Assembly (NCBI RefSeq): GCF_040938485.1
Contig: NW_027272339.1
Coordinates: 434,001 to 498,000 of the forward strand
DNA: 64,000 nucleotides
Source: Diadema antillarum
Taxonomy: Eukaryota
Reading direction: 5' to 3'
Within the stretch, counting starts at the first letter, position 1. Every line of letters begins with the position of its first letter. Shown here piece by piece: positions 34,826 through 46,373 of this stretch. The notes beneath the pieces were generated by a model. The model had not been told where the DNA came from, did no database searches, and worked only from the letters and a program-made list of their open reading frames with translations. A program made the position numbers and the translations under genes.

Positions 34826-35593
34826 TTAAAAAGATTGCCACTTTGGGGTTTGAGAACCATTAGCATCACTAGCTCTTGTACGCCTTGTACGTGTATAACT
34901 TTTAGTTGTAGTAGGGGTTGTGTACATTTTGGGGTCTGGAGAATCTAAACGACGATGAATCGGGGTCTCCAAATCTTTCCCCCTCTTAACACGTTGAAGT
35001 TGGTCACGTCGGCTGAGATTGGTCAACGCAGTCTCTGGAATGTTCAAACGAGCCAGCGCACGAATAAAATGTTCACTACCAGTAGGAATATAACCACTTC
35101 GCTCTCTGAAAATGTCGTACATTAAGTCGCAAATGTTACTGCCAGGCACACTTTCCCCGCTCACAATCAGCTCCCCTTTGTCCGTCCATCCCACATCGTC
35201 GCACCTTTTCATCTTTTCCAGCAACTGCGAAGCTCTTTTCACAAAATTCTTAGGCACGTGCTGCAAGATGTCACGCTCCACTGCGTCCTCAGATTTTGGC
35301 GCGACCCTCTGTCCATGAGTTACTAGATGCGTGCTGTCATTGTCTCTTGAGCTGTCGCTAACGACTTCAATAGACAATGGCTTCTTAACGTTGTCCGTCG
35401 CTTTCAAAAACCGCTGTAAGTATTGCGAATACAACAACGCCTTGTCATACTCTGGTAGATCGGGCCTGTCCAACACCGAACGAATCTGATCGTCCAATTC
35501 GTTGATTCGCTGCTCTGTAGGTGATGAAGATTGACTTTTGAGAGAATGAAGCATAGTTTGTGGCACAAGCACCATCTTGCGCGCATTCTCCAT
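34826..35593 (-). CDS. Conserved Polinton hypothetical protein (255 aa; probably the PZ-type family)
   Basis: ARKMVLVP...ELDDQIRSVL....L..YDKALLYSQ.LQRFL, RASQLL...., W...GEL...G..VPGSNI.DL, PTG...F...LA.LNIP pattern recalled from Polinton proteins; located next to the ATPase block. The PZ label is uncertain. Confidence 0.7.
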   Translation of the reverse strand: MENARKMVLVPQTMLHSLKSQSSSPTEQRINELDDQIRSVLDRPDLPEYDKALLYSQYLQRFLKATDNVKKPLSIEVVSDSSRDNDSTHLVTHGQRVAPKSEDAVERDILQHVPKNFVKRASQLLEKMKRCDDVGWTDKGELIVSGESVPGSNICDLMYDIFRERSGYIPTGSEHFIRALARLNIPETALTNLSRRDQLQRVKRGKDLETPIHRRLDSPDPKMYTTPTTTKSYTRTRRTRASDANGSQTPKWQSF

Positions 35594-35620
35594 TATCAAC
35601 GCGGTACCTCTATACAGTGT

Positions 35621-35965
35621 CTACTTTGGCGATGCAAAGAGGTTAGAAGCGAGAGTTCCGAGTACAGGCGTGATCAACCTGGCAATGAGACCAATGAATC
35701 CTCCGCGTTGGTTTAAGATTCGTTTTCTCTCTGCCAGAGATGTACGACGATCCGCTAATTTACGGAGTTTTCGCTTGTGCTTAGTCAAAGTTTTCTTGTG
35801 GGATTGCGACAGCTTGACATTACCGCAGATCACGTTCAAAACACATTCACAGATGGCGTCAATGAAGTTCTTGTTAGCTGTCTTGATGAGAAGTTTCCGT
35901 TGATCAGGAGAGCAGTGTGCGAGGGTCTTGAGCAGGACTGCGTGGGTCTTCACTCGGCGCGACAT
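35621..35965 (-). CDS. Conserved Polinton small basic protein with C-terminal QRGG|F amphipathic peptide (114 aa; PW-type)
   Basis: LLKTLAHC...QRK.LI......I.AICEC.LNV..GNV.L....K..L.K.KR.LR.LA....RKR.L.QRGGF...L..PVL..L pattern typical of Polinton core proteins. Confidence 0.75.
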   Translation of the reverse strand: MSRRVKTHAVLLKTLAHCSPDQRKLLIKTANKNFIDAICECVLNVICGNVKLSQSHKKTLTKHKRKLRKLADRRTSLAERKRILNQRGGFIGLIARLITPVLGTLASNLFASPK

Positions 35966-36004
35966 TTTTAACTAATAAATGACTTAATACACGAACGCGA
36001 CAAT

Positions 36005-36646
36005 TTATATCTTAGGAACATATACATATTGAACTTCACCGGGAAATATTTTCGTTCTGAGACGAAATTCTTCCGGCGTGTCTGGTTTAAGGTCTACGAA
36101 TAAATAACCCCATTTATCGGCTGTGGCGTCCATAAATGCCTCTTGAAAAAACTTTGTTTTCGAGGGATACATCTGTTTAGCTAAACAAGCAATTTGTTGT
36201 TTGTCTCTACAATTTTTGAATAAAGCGTAGTACTGCGTGTTTAATGAAATAGTCCTAGACTCCTTTCCACGATGAAAGAGATTTTGAGTGATATAAATAA
36301 CGCTCGCGTTTCTATGATGACAACCTTTAGTAAACAAGGCGGCTACTCTCTTGTCATCACCAGCCACATCCATTAAATCATCGATGACAAATAACACTGG
36401 TCGGGAGGGGTCGGTCAAATCATTGAAATCTGCTGGTAAATTTTCATGAAATTCAATATTCGGAAAGGATCGTGTCATTGCCGCGTAACACGGTTGATAC
36501 TCCCCGTAAAACCATATAATTTTGCGAGGAGGTTGATCGATCATTTCCGAGGCATTTTTCAGTAATCTTTTCACGAATTCGGTTTTCCCTGAAAAACTCG
36601 GTCCGACCACCATACATGAAAAACTATGTTTGAGTCGGGCATCCAT
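36005..36646 (-). CDS. FtsK/A32-like DNA packaging ATPase (213 aa)
   Basis: Walker A GPSFSGKT, Walker B LFVIDDLM, LFTKG.HHRN.SVIYITQNLF, RTISLN.QY..LFKN.RD, GYLFVDL.P.TPEE.RLRT.IFP. Confidence 0.93.
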   Translation of the reverse strand: MDARLKHSFSCMVVGPSFSGKTEFVKRLLKNASEMIDQPPRKIIWFYGEYQPCYAAMTRSFPNIEFHENLPADFNDLTDPSRPVLFVIDDLMDVAGDDKRVAALFTKGCHHRNASVIYITQNLFHRGKESRTISLNTQYYALFKNCRDKQQIACLAKQMYPSKTKFFQEAFMDATADKWGYLFVDLKPDTPEEFRLRTKIFPGEVQYVYVPKI

Positions 36647-36882
36647 TGTAATTAACGGCATCAAATAGTACAAATATAGCTATATGAATAACACAATAAG
36701 ATATTAAGTTCTGTAAATGAAATTAGAGCAAATGTCAAACGAAGTAAGTGAACGGAATACTCTATCATACGTGAGATGTGGGTTCAGTTAAGTTTCTTAA
36801 AAGAATAAGACGACGATATGAAGCAAACTGTTAAAACTACGCGGTATATTCAAGAGCAACATAACGGTATAATGCGCTGCAA

Positions 36883-37119
36883 TCAAGCGCCCGCGAAAGA
36901 ACTGACATCGGGGATAACGTCAGTTTTATTTAAGGAAAAATCAAACCCATCCGTTCCATTTGACAAATGGGCATCTCTAGTGAGCAAAGACTCGAGATAA
37001 AACAATAGAAAGAAGAGAAATACAAAAAGCGCCAAACAAAATACATTTGTACCAGCATTGGTACTTTTCAGTACATTTCTGAGCACTGTGGACATATATG
37101 ATGCGCGCGACTTATCCAT
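36883..37119 (-). CDS. Possible small membrane protein (78 aa)
   Basis: ATG start, one strongly hydrophobic segment (FCLALFVFLFFLLFYL) and two downstream NxT sequons; no recognisable homology; could be a chance ORF in A-rich DNA. Confidence 0.3.
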   Translation of the reverse strand: MDKSRASYMSTVLRNVLKSTNAGTNVFCLALFVFLFFLLFYLESLLTRDAHLSNGTDGFDFSLNKTDVIPDVSSFAGA

Positions 37120-37231
37120 GATTTCCTAGCAACGACAATGCCAGCGGTAGGTACAGAGCTGATGAGAAAGTACCACCTTCTGCGACAATGTATAAACAGC
37201 GAATGATTGGCAATTAGACACATTGAGGTCT

Positions 37232-38897
37232 TTATAAGCGAGGAATGTCCGCGTGTCCATAAGGCAGTGTCGTGCCACCTGGTAATCTAACTCGTTTCGT
37301 GAAGACTACCCTGTAGTCTTTTTTTCTCTCGGAAGTGTACACGGACTTGCTTTTTACGTCTCTGAGAATTCTATTTTCCACAATAGTCTTCAGACATCCC
37401 GGTTCACCTTGTATCAATTCGCGCATAGAGTCATGGTTTATAACGAGGGAGTTTGCCTCGTTCAAGGTAAATCCACGCACCTTACACACGGTGTTGCCTT
37501 TGTTGGTGCGATAACTATAGTTCTTAGGACCACCGCAAAGCCAGGTTTGAATGAACTCGCCTTCACCAAGTTCATCCGTCAAGTCACCAACGAAATCGCC
37601 GGTTTTGGGGTCGTGATGTTGTACTGTTGGGTCTGTTCTAAAGACTACACTATCAGTGTCGTAATACAAGACCCTATCGTTCAGCCTCTGCAAGACAGAA
37701 TACAATTTCAGTCGCGCCAATGCCGTCGTGAAACTGGCTATTATGATATTTGTGTTGACGTTGTGGTCCACGAAGCCTTCGGCTTGATTGAAATGAATTT
37801 CTACCATGTCGTCGTTTAGAACGAGAATGTCTTGTAATTCGATAGTGCGATCCTTTAAGAAATCTAACAACTCAGCGCTGGTTTTGACAAAGCGCGTTTG
37901 TTTCAGATTTGGTCTCTCAGCAAATTTCCCCCACAGCACATTAACAATGCCCTTGGCAATGGCGCGTAAACCGGGGTTTTTCGCGATGTTTTTAGAGTCT
38001 AATTGAATTCCCTCATGGGCCAAATAATCTCGAATGTATTTTTCACGTTCTTCTTCAGTACTGGCATGGGCGGGGTAGTCTGAGGCTTCCTGCTTTATTT
38101 TCATAAAGCTGTCTATATACTGCGCAAACAGTCCTCCCGTTCTTGTTTTGGGATCGTACACTGTATACCTGTCAAAGTGCCATACTTCGATCATTCGGAG
38201 TTGTGTATACCCCATCTCTACAGCTTTTTTCAGTTCCTCCGATACCCACACGCCTTCTAACTCACGCTCCCTATCTGCGTGCTTGCAGGGCCCCTGATTC
38301 AAGGTGTCTGCACAGGTCCTGCATAGAGGGAAAGTAAGTTTACCCCCTGAGCGATGGGGGAGCACTGGATGAAACAGACGTCTAGGAGGTAATATTTTAC
38401 ATTTGACGAGTCCAAAAATTCGAGACAGTGAAGGGAAGTTAGAATAGATAATTCTGGGATGGCCGACAGGATATTTGCCGAACTTATTGATAAAGGGATA
38501 AAGACTGGTGAAATCATAGTAAAGGATTTTTTCTTCGGGCTTCGCCTCGTAGAAGAGCGAACACCCTCCAGTTCTCCCGCCATAGAACGAGTCACGTGGA
38601 TTTAATTGTTGATTAAAAGCCATTTGAAGGTGTGCAATGTGTGGATGTACATATGTTCACCTCTGTTGGCTTCATTATCAATGTTTCGTGACATTCGTCG
38701 CAAACAAATTTGGAGCACAGGAACGCCGATGGATTGGCAACCACGTCGTAATGACGGTCTGACAGATAGAGATAAATGGTATCAGAAGCCTGAGGACCGC
38801 TGTAGATTAACGCTTCTTCATATCGTCCTCTATAAATGACCAGTTTGTACTTTGGAAGTAGCACTTTTTGAAAGGAGTCATACTGTGAATGATCTAC
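37232..38897 (-). pseudogene. polB: Protein-primed family B DNA polymerase (pPolB), internally and 5'-deleted
   Basis: Polymerase half open at 37232-~38610: LNPRDSFYGGRT, YYDFTSLYP, YPVGHP, LPHRSGGKLTFPLC, K...N..WGKF, LYYDTDS, GPKNY, KGF/RGF, PYG. A short N-terminal remnant (FQKVLLPKY...IYLYLSDRHYDVV...F.C..C) at 38613-38897 is in another frame and directly abuts the TIR. No Exo I/II/III motifs lie between them. Confidence 0.9.
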
Positions 38898-39606
38898 TTT
38901 GTCTTCGATTGCGCAAGCATTGCGCAAGCGTCGGTCAGAGGACACGCCCCCATTTTTATGTATTTCTTTGTTTTTTAAAGTTCTTTTGTTTTCGATCGGG
39001 CGAGCGTCGGTCAGAGGACAGGTCCGAACTTGTCGGAGTGACGTCATCAAACAAACAAATGTCATGAATACGATTGCAATCGTCATTATGACCATTTCGA
39101 CCATTGCCTTCGAAAATATCTCTCGATGTGAGAACAAAAGAATATGATGAAACAATGACGCGGATTCTTAAAACAATAGCATATTTTTCATAATTCATTC
39201 TTCATACTTCATATCGATCCATAAATATTCATATTTCATAATCATCATTCATCGTTCATATCTATAATTCATATCTCATGAATATTCATCTTTCATTTTT
39301 CATATTTCATACATTCTTTTGTTCTTTCCAATTTCTATTGTTATGCAAATATCCATAATTCATATCTATTATCATAATTCATCGATTTATCATAATTCAT
39401 ATCGTAATCCATCTTTTTATCATAAATCATATCATAATCCATATTTTTATCATAAATCATATCATAATCCATCTTTTTATCATAAATCATATCATAATCC
39501 ATATTTCATAATTCATAATTCTTTTGTCTTTTCATATTTCTTTTGTTCTAGAACAATAGAAATATGAATCATATTTTTATGACGCTATACGTACACCTAT
39601 ACTACT
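38898..39606 (-). repeat. Polinton right TIR (~709 bp)
   Basis: Reverse complement of 25511-26220, ending ...TATACTACT followed by TSD GACAGA. Confidence 0.95.
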
Positions 39607-39905
39607 GACAGAGAGAGTTATTATCATTATTCTTCTTCTTCTTATTCTTATTATTATTATTATCATCATCATCACTATTACTATTATTTATTCGTCATTT
39701 CAGACATATCATGTACATGGGTAGATACAACACATATGATAAGAATGCAAATAGCGTGACTCAATTTTGTTAACAAGGTCCCATGCACACCACGCGCTCT
39801 GTAAAGTCTCTTGTGATAGCCACGTAAAGAAAACTCAGCTGCCATTATTCCATCGGGTTCACTCTGCGACCACACACCTGCATGTTAACTCCAGCTCTCA
39901 GCACG

Positions 39906-40554
39906 ATGGCATCTAACCCAGCTTCTGTACCCCTCATCGTCTGGTGTCTCCCGAGGACGATCTCAACGGCGCTCGCTAAATGTCTCAGCGCCATTGAGGA
40001 ACTCGAAGTCTGGCTCGAGCCGTTCTGTTACAGCGAAACCGCCGCCAACGTGTACAAGCAGGCTGTCGGCGCGGACCTGCCCAAGGTGTACGACGGGAAC
40101 GAGGAGGCGATAACTTCGGCTGCTGAAATTCTGTCCGACATCGTGGGCTCCAAGATCGAGGCAGACCGTATCGCGTAGGTGTACAGCCGGTTCATTCCTC
40201 GTGTATTATTTCATAGTAGTCAACTCGGGGGGGGGGGGGGGGATTTACCCCAAATGTACTTGTGGATCAATGCAGAAATAGTGCTATAGCACATACAAGG
40301 AGGTGAACACCCACCTCCTTGGTATACTTTGGTGTAAACCAGTGCAACTTGAGGAAAATCGGATAATCTGTTCAAAAGATATGAACTTTTAAGCCTAAAT
40401 TTAAAGGATTTTTTTTTTAAAGATTTAAGGTTAAATCTTTCTTGTCTATGTATGACGTCATCTCTGAACAGGAAAATTCCTAGAAGAAAACTAAATAAAT
40501 AGACAAATAAATAAATGTATAAATGTTATTTTGTGTTCACAAAATATGTATATA

Positions 40555-40612
<58 letters not shown>

Positions 40613-43409
40613 ATTGAACAGGTGTACAGACACCCTGCAGTATATTTTGCAATGTTCAAACCATGCCAAATATCACGGGGGTTGCTATAATATAAGGAAC
40701 GAAGATAAGTGTGGATGTTCACAGCAGCAGTTCTTCAAAGAACACTGGTATAGTTGCTGTATCACTCGCGTGGTCGTGTGCATGCTTTTGACTTTATACG
40801 GGAAATAATAAGATTTTCTTGCAGAAAATGTTTTAAAATGACTTTTGTTGATTCGTTTTGCTGTGCTCTACAAAGTATCTGTAATCTCTTGTTAATAGTT
40901 CTCAGTCATCAAAACGCCCAAAACGGAGAGATTAGGTAAAATTCCCAGGTACTCATCTGTCATGATAATATCCGTTAAAAGTGGAAATTTGGTGCATAGC
41001 TTTGTTCAGGTTAAAAGGAAACTCACGAGTCAACATGGTCAAAGGCATCATTGTTTTTCTGATTTGCCCTTTTGCAAAGAGGCCAGTTAGAGAGCCCTGT
41101 GTAGTTTGTGACTAATTGTCACCGTTGTCTTTGTAACATTTGTAACAAATGTNNNNNNNNNNNNNNNNNNNNNNNNNNNNNNNNNNNNNNNNNNNNNNNN
41201 NNNNNNNNNNNNNNNNNNNNNNNNNNNNNNNNNNNNNNNNNNNNNNNNNNNNNNNNNNNNNNNNNNNNNNNNNNNNNNNNNNNNNNNNNNNNNNNNNNNN
41301 NNNNNNNNNTACAATCTCGTTCACGCTATTTTCATATCAAACTTGAACATGGAAATCAACTTTAAAAGTATCTTTATTGCCTATTTTCAAGGTGTTCCCT
41401 TTGTAGATATTCCACTCTTTAGTAACCTGGTCAATAAAGTTGCACTCTCACTGTGATAAATTTTAATGCATATATATTCTTTTAACCTGGGTGCTAAAGC
41501 CTTGCCGACATTGCAAGATCACATAAAGAATGCATGCGAACTGGATTCCAAATAAGTCTTGAAATATATCGAGTATGCACAGGTTGATAGAATATCAATT
41601 GCTATATGTAGGCCTAAATGCCGATACTACGTCCAAAAAGGGGAGACAGTAGTAGGGCCATAAATTTGAATAGGCCTACATTAGTGAACGAGCCTGTCGT
41701 TATTACATTTATATGAACAAGGATAGGATGTCCAAAAATGGTATCTTATTTGCAGAGCTATTATCAAAAATGCGGAAGACTGTCTAAACGAGTGCTAAGT
41801 ATCTCGGCGGCGATGGCGCCACGGTAGTTGTACTACGTATAATTATGTCATCAATGTGTAAAGTTTGTGTGTCCCTTTTACAAACCTGAATATTAGATTT
41901 CTTTCACCGGGTGGTATATTGTAATGGTCGGTTTAATATTCAGAATATTCCTCAGAATGTGGAAACTTCTTCGAGCGCGAAACGATGCCAGATTTTCAGT
42001 GGATATATTCAGACCACGAAAACAAAAATTCTGCTTGTTATTCTCTCTACAAAGCGGGAGCGTATTTTTGAATGGCATGTGGTTACTTGTTCATTTCTTC
42101 TTGTTGAAGAAATGATTTCAATTTTCTCGAAAGTTTTTCTTGAATGTTTTCAACTTTCTAGAAGGTGTCAATCATTAATCTCATTTGTATACAGTGCCTG
42201 ATCGGATGTGTGTATATGGCTGACATTTTAACGCGTCAGGCTCCTGAAGTTCAAATTTTAGAATGAACAGGTGGACCTGCACTGCGAAATAAATAATCTT
42301 CATGACACACACACACATACACTGCCTCAAGCTAGCTAAATGTAAGGCTTCTTTTAAATTGAATGCACTTATTTGGAGCATGGTTGCCTTTTCACTAATT
42401 TGAATGACCGGCGAGGAAAAAATAAAAATGCCGTGATTGCAACATATATTTCAGAAACCATGAGATTAATTCCTGTAGTAATGAACCTGTAGTAATCACT
42501 GAGTGAATTCCTTTCTGTTGCATCATAACACTTCAAAATTTCAATCTTTTTTAAGCGAATTCAATGAAGGTGCATTTTTGTAAAATCATGATACACAATG
42601 CTGATCTACACGCAAGTCAGTTCGATCAATGTTCGACATGCGGTAGGCCTATATTTCCCCCTTTCAAACCTCGAAAATCAAGTGTTGAAATGACAGGAAG
42701 ATTATTCCGCTCAAATTTCTAATGATCTCGTTTGTTGTATGGCCATCATGGTTGCAGGTTTTCAGCAGTCAAGAAAGCACTGGAATCGACAACTGCTAAG
42801 TGCGTGTTGGTCAAAGATATGGCGTTGGGTGTGCGAGACGAGGAGAGCCGCGCCTACATCCCAGCCGGGTACAGACACACGTTCCTCGTCCGTCACCCAG
42901 TGAGGGCATATTCGTCTTACAGAAAAGCAGCCTTCAAGCGGCTCACGTCCATGGGCAGGTTGAAGGGGAATACCCGGAACTTGGAAACGTTCGACTTAAG
43001 CGGGGTTGAAAATTGCATTCTTCCCTCGAAGACATTTTACCAAGATCTGCATTCTCTTTGGGTATACGTGCGCGAGTCCGGCCTCGACCCGGAACCGATT
43101 GTCCTCGACGCCGACGATCTGTTGGCGAGACCTTCCGAAGTGTTGTCGAAGTTTTGCCGACTGGTTGGGCTCCCCTATTCGGATTCCTTGCTCCAGTGGG
43201 ATTCGTCAACAGCCGTAGCGGACTCGTGGAAGGCACCCGGGAACGCAGTGACGAAAGAAATGGTCACCATGTACGAAACGGCCACGAAGAGTAGCTGTTT
43301 TATGCCACTTTCCAAGCTCGCAGCACGCGACCAGCTACCCGCCGACGTCGTAGTACTTTCGGACGCGTCGATGAAATTCTACGAAGAACTTCAAAAATAC
43401 AAATTGTAA
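39906..43409 (+). CDS. P-loop sulfotransferase-like protein, paralogue 2 (306 aa; exons 39906-40174 and 42758-43409)
   Basis: Same exon-1 length (269 nt) and same phase-2 intron position as paralogue 1 (ATC GC|gtaggt...ttgcag|G TTT); same motifs (LIVWCLPRTISTA, VLVKDMA, HTFLVRHP, DADDLL). An alternative in-frame ATG lies at 39882. Confidence 0.85.
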
Positions 43410-44389
43410 TTATTTTCATAACATTTCATTTATTTTCAACTCTTAGATGAAGATCAGCTAAATATAAAAACAGCAAATTGGATATCTTTGAATAAACTAT
43501 ACTGATTATCAATCAATGACAAGGTATACCGGTGAACCACATAAAAAAGACATGAAGGGGGCATTAAAAAAGGGGGGGGGGCAACCTTCTTCCGTCTGTT
43601 TTATAGATGCCGTCTGTCCATTCCGCATAGATAATAGATGTGGGAAATTTTATGGCTGACTTCCAAACCTAAAGCCAGCTATATATGTCACAATATTTTG
43701 GCTCCTAGTAGATCAATGGAATCATATCGTAGGCATACATTCAACTGTGTAAGGGATAAATGATTCTATTGATTCTACGTTGCACCCTGTGAATTAAACG
43801 TCTTTGACCCTTCTTGATGGAGTTAGTGACGAATCTTCTTTTCTTATGTCTAATTCCCCCAATCATCACCCGTTTTCTATGCACATCCAATATATACACC
43901 CATTTTTTTTTTTGCATCCCTGCCAATCTCCCCTAAATTGTATTGATGGTACAGTCCTCAATCTATACACACTATGCCATCTGTACCCTATACTGTGGAG
44001 TATAGTCCTGCGGCCCCAGATCAATGATAAGGCTTTGAAAAACATCGTCAAAACCAAACAAAAATGTCCCCTTTGGAACGAATTCCCCTTAAGATACCTC
44101 GTTTTCAGACGTATATTCCATCTNNNNNNNNNNNNNNNNNNNNNNNNNNNNNNNNNNNNNNNNNNNNNNNNNNNNNNNNNNNNNNNNNNNNNNNNNNNNN
44201 NNNNNNNNNNNNNNNNNNNNNNNNNNNNNNNNNNNNNNNNNNNNNNNNNNNNTACTCACAAACATATCTTAACATATCTGACGTGTCATTTCCATTCGCC
44301 TGCTTTATGATAGACAAAAAAAAGAACTTCACTGAAACTAATCTAGTTTAATCTAGTTAAATCTATTCCATCTATATTATTGTTTATAT

Positions 44390-45250
44390 AAGCAAGCTCT
44401 TGTTTCACGTACAGAGAAAGTATCATTAACAGTCGAAAACAGAGTGTTCAAATACGGCGGACATGTATTTTTCCATCTCCGGAACACCGTCGACGTTTCC
44501 AGTCTCATAGTCGTCAACCCCAATAGGTCAGGATGAATTATAAACAAATTCAAAAGATTTCCTAAGACGATTCCAAGGTAGTCCGTTGCAAAAAAAACCC
44601 CAAACAAACAAACAAAAACAAACAAAAACAAAAAAACGGGCGTGAGGCCGGTTATCACACTCCTCAAGAGCGCAAACTCCGTCCGTTTGGTTGCAAGTAA
44701 ATTTCTCTCTTCGCTCGTTGACAATCTTATTGCAGCCTGCCGTACTATTCTCGCAGTCGTCGAAATTCGCATTCAAATTCCCACTCATAATTACAACAGG
44801 TATGAGCCGTCTGGCTAGGGTAGCCTTCGATGCTTCGATGTTTTAGTAGCTGAGATGTCCGTAATATTAAGAGTTTTTATCATGAGTTTTTGTCATTGTC
44901 TACAACCGGGAGCCCCGACAAAGAAAAACAGCTAGGGTTTCTGCGTGCAGTCGACGGAGCCACTGTCAAGCGTACATCCAACTTCTTAAGAGCGCCCCCT
45001 TTTGACATCGCTGTGTGCAGCCAACACCAGGATCCAACACCTTGCAAAGCCCTGTCGAGAGCAAGGAATGCTTTTTCTGTAATACCAGGGAGATTTCGTC
45101 TCACCTCTCTGATTATACTCTTTGGTGAAGAGCCTATTCCACATCCGTTTGATAATATAAACATTCATTATTTTTTTAGTGAGCACCCCCCTGGCTTGAA
45201 AATCACCTTCCAGCAACAGTAATCAATAGCCCATCTCCAGAAGTCTTCAG
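44390..45250 (-). mobile_element. Degenerate LINE apurinic-like endonuclease remnant (possibly RTE/L2 type)
   Basis: Broken minus-strand frames give IMSGNLNANFD (cf. IIMGDFNAKVG), NERREKF (cf. NERGERL) and QGVGSW (cf. xGVGxx); multiple stops and frameshifts. Confidence 0.35.
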
Positions 45251-46373
45251 AAGTAAGATAGAAAAAAGCCACCTTCGCTACCACCGACTAATTAGTTTCG
45301 CGCCCTCTCTCCCCGCTGCACTATACACCACTATCCGGTCCGGCAGCGTACAGATCCACATTCAGATCCAGATCCACAGGACTGTCTCATCTGATGGTTA
45401 TACAAACAGGGAGGTGGAAAGAAACATTCTATCTCCCTGGTAATAAAAGAGCATGCTTCAAAAGTTTATCGGCACGTTGGGAAGGTAGAGAACGCCACTT
45501 AGTGTGGCGTTCTTCCTGGTGGCTTCTTTCCAGGAGTAGGTATTGGTGGTAAAAGAGGGATGGCTCACTTCGGGTGAACGTCTTTTCTGCTGTTCTTTAT
45601 TCTCACTGGGGTACACTCACTGATCTCTGTATATATAGTGGGTATACACTGTATTTGCAATAAGATAGCTTAAGATATCTCTGCTTGATTGCATTATGCA
45701 TGCCAATGTAAATTACTTCGTATTCCGAAACATGATAATTTCCCTGTAATGAACATACATACAGTGCATGTGCGAAATACTTGATATGTGGTCAATCCTT
45801 TCTTTTTTTTCTCTCTCTCATTTGTCTCCCATCCTTCTCTCTTACCTTCTACCTCTTCTTTCTCCTTTTTCTACTTTTCATGTCCTCCGTTTCATCCTCC
45901 TCCTCCTCCCTTTTTTCTTCTCTTTCTTCTTCCTCCTCATCTCTTGCAATGGCGGGGACAAATTTATTATAGTATCAGAAATACGTGCAACGACCTCACG
46001 CAACTGAAGTCAACTGGTACAGTATAAATATTTTCTGCTGTGGTGGTTTAGTCTTTTTCGACTAGAGCCCTCTACGGTCAGTGCTGTCTTAGTTACTCTC
46101 ACCAAACTTATCAAAATTAGTGTGAAAACTCTGATAGCGAAAACTGAGGTAATTATCAAGGTAATAATGATTGTAATGATGGCTAGCTTGATGATAACTT
46201 CATAATTCTATATTGGAATAATTATTTGGTGGATGAGAAGTGACAGAAAAGGCCGTGGAGGCATTGATTTCATTTTTTCCTGTATGATAGGTGAATAATG
46301 ATTTTAAACAAAGCAAAACAAAACAAGAAATAAACAAGAAGCTTTACATTTTTTCATTCGTACCGTTGTTCAA

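Larger units (their letters stand above)
25511..39606. mobile_element. Polinton/Maverick (adintovirus-like) endogenous dsDNA virus, 14.1 kb, with defective PolB
   Basis: Termini AGTAGTATAGGTGTACG.../...CGTACACCTATACTACT, ~710-bp TIRs, 6-bp TSD GACAGA (25505-25510 and 39607-39612), and the hallmark genes INT, mCP, MCP, PRO, ATPase and pPolB. Confidence 0.97.

Noticed and set aside
38898-39155. ORF-track start of a 180-aa PolB-linked ORF
   Set aside because: Its first ~85 codons are TIR sequence (mirrored in left-TIR ORFs); only 38613-38897 is polymerase-derived.
43804-44351. ORFs spanning N gaps (also 32155-32486, 41087-41365, 60022-60384)
   Set aside because: Open only because N runs hide stop codons.
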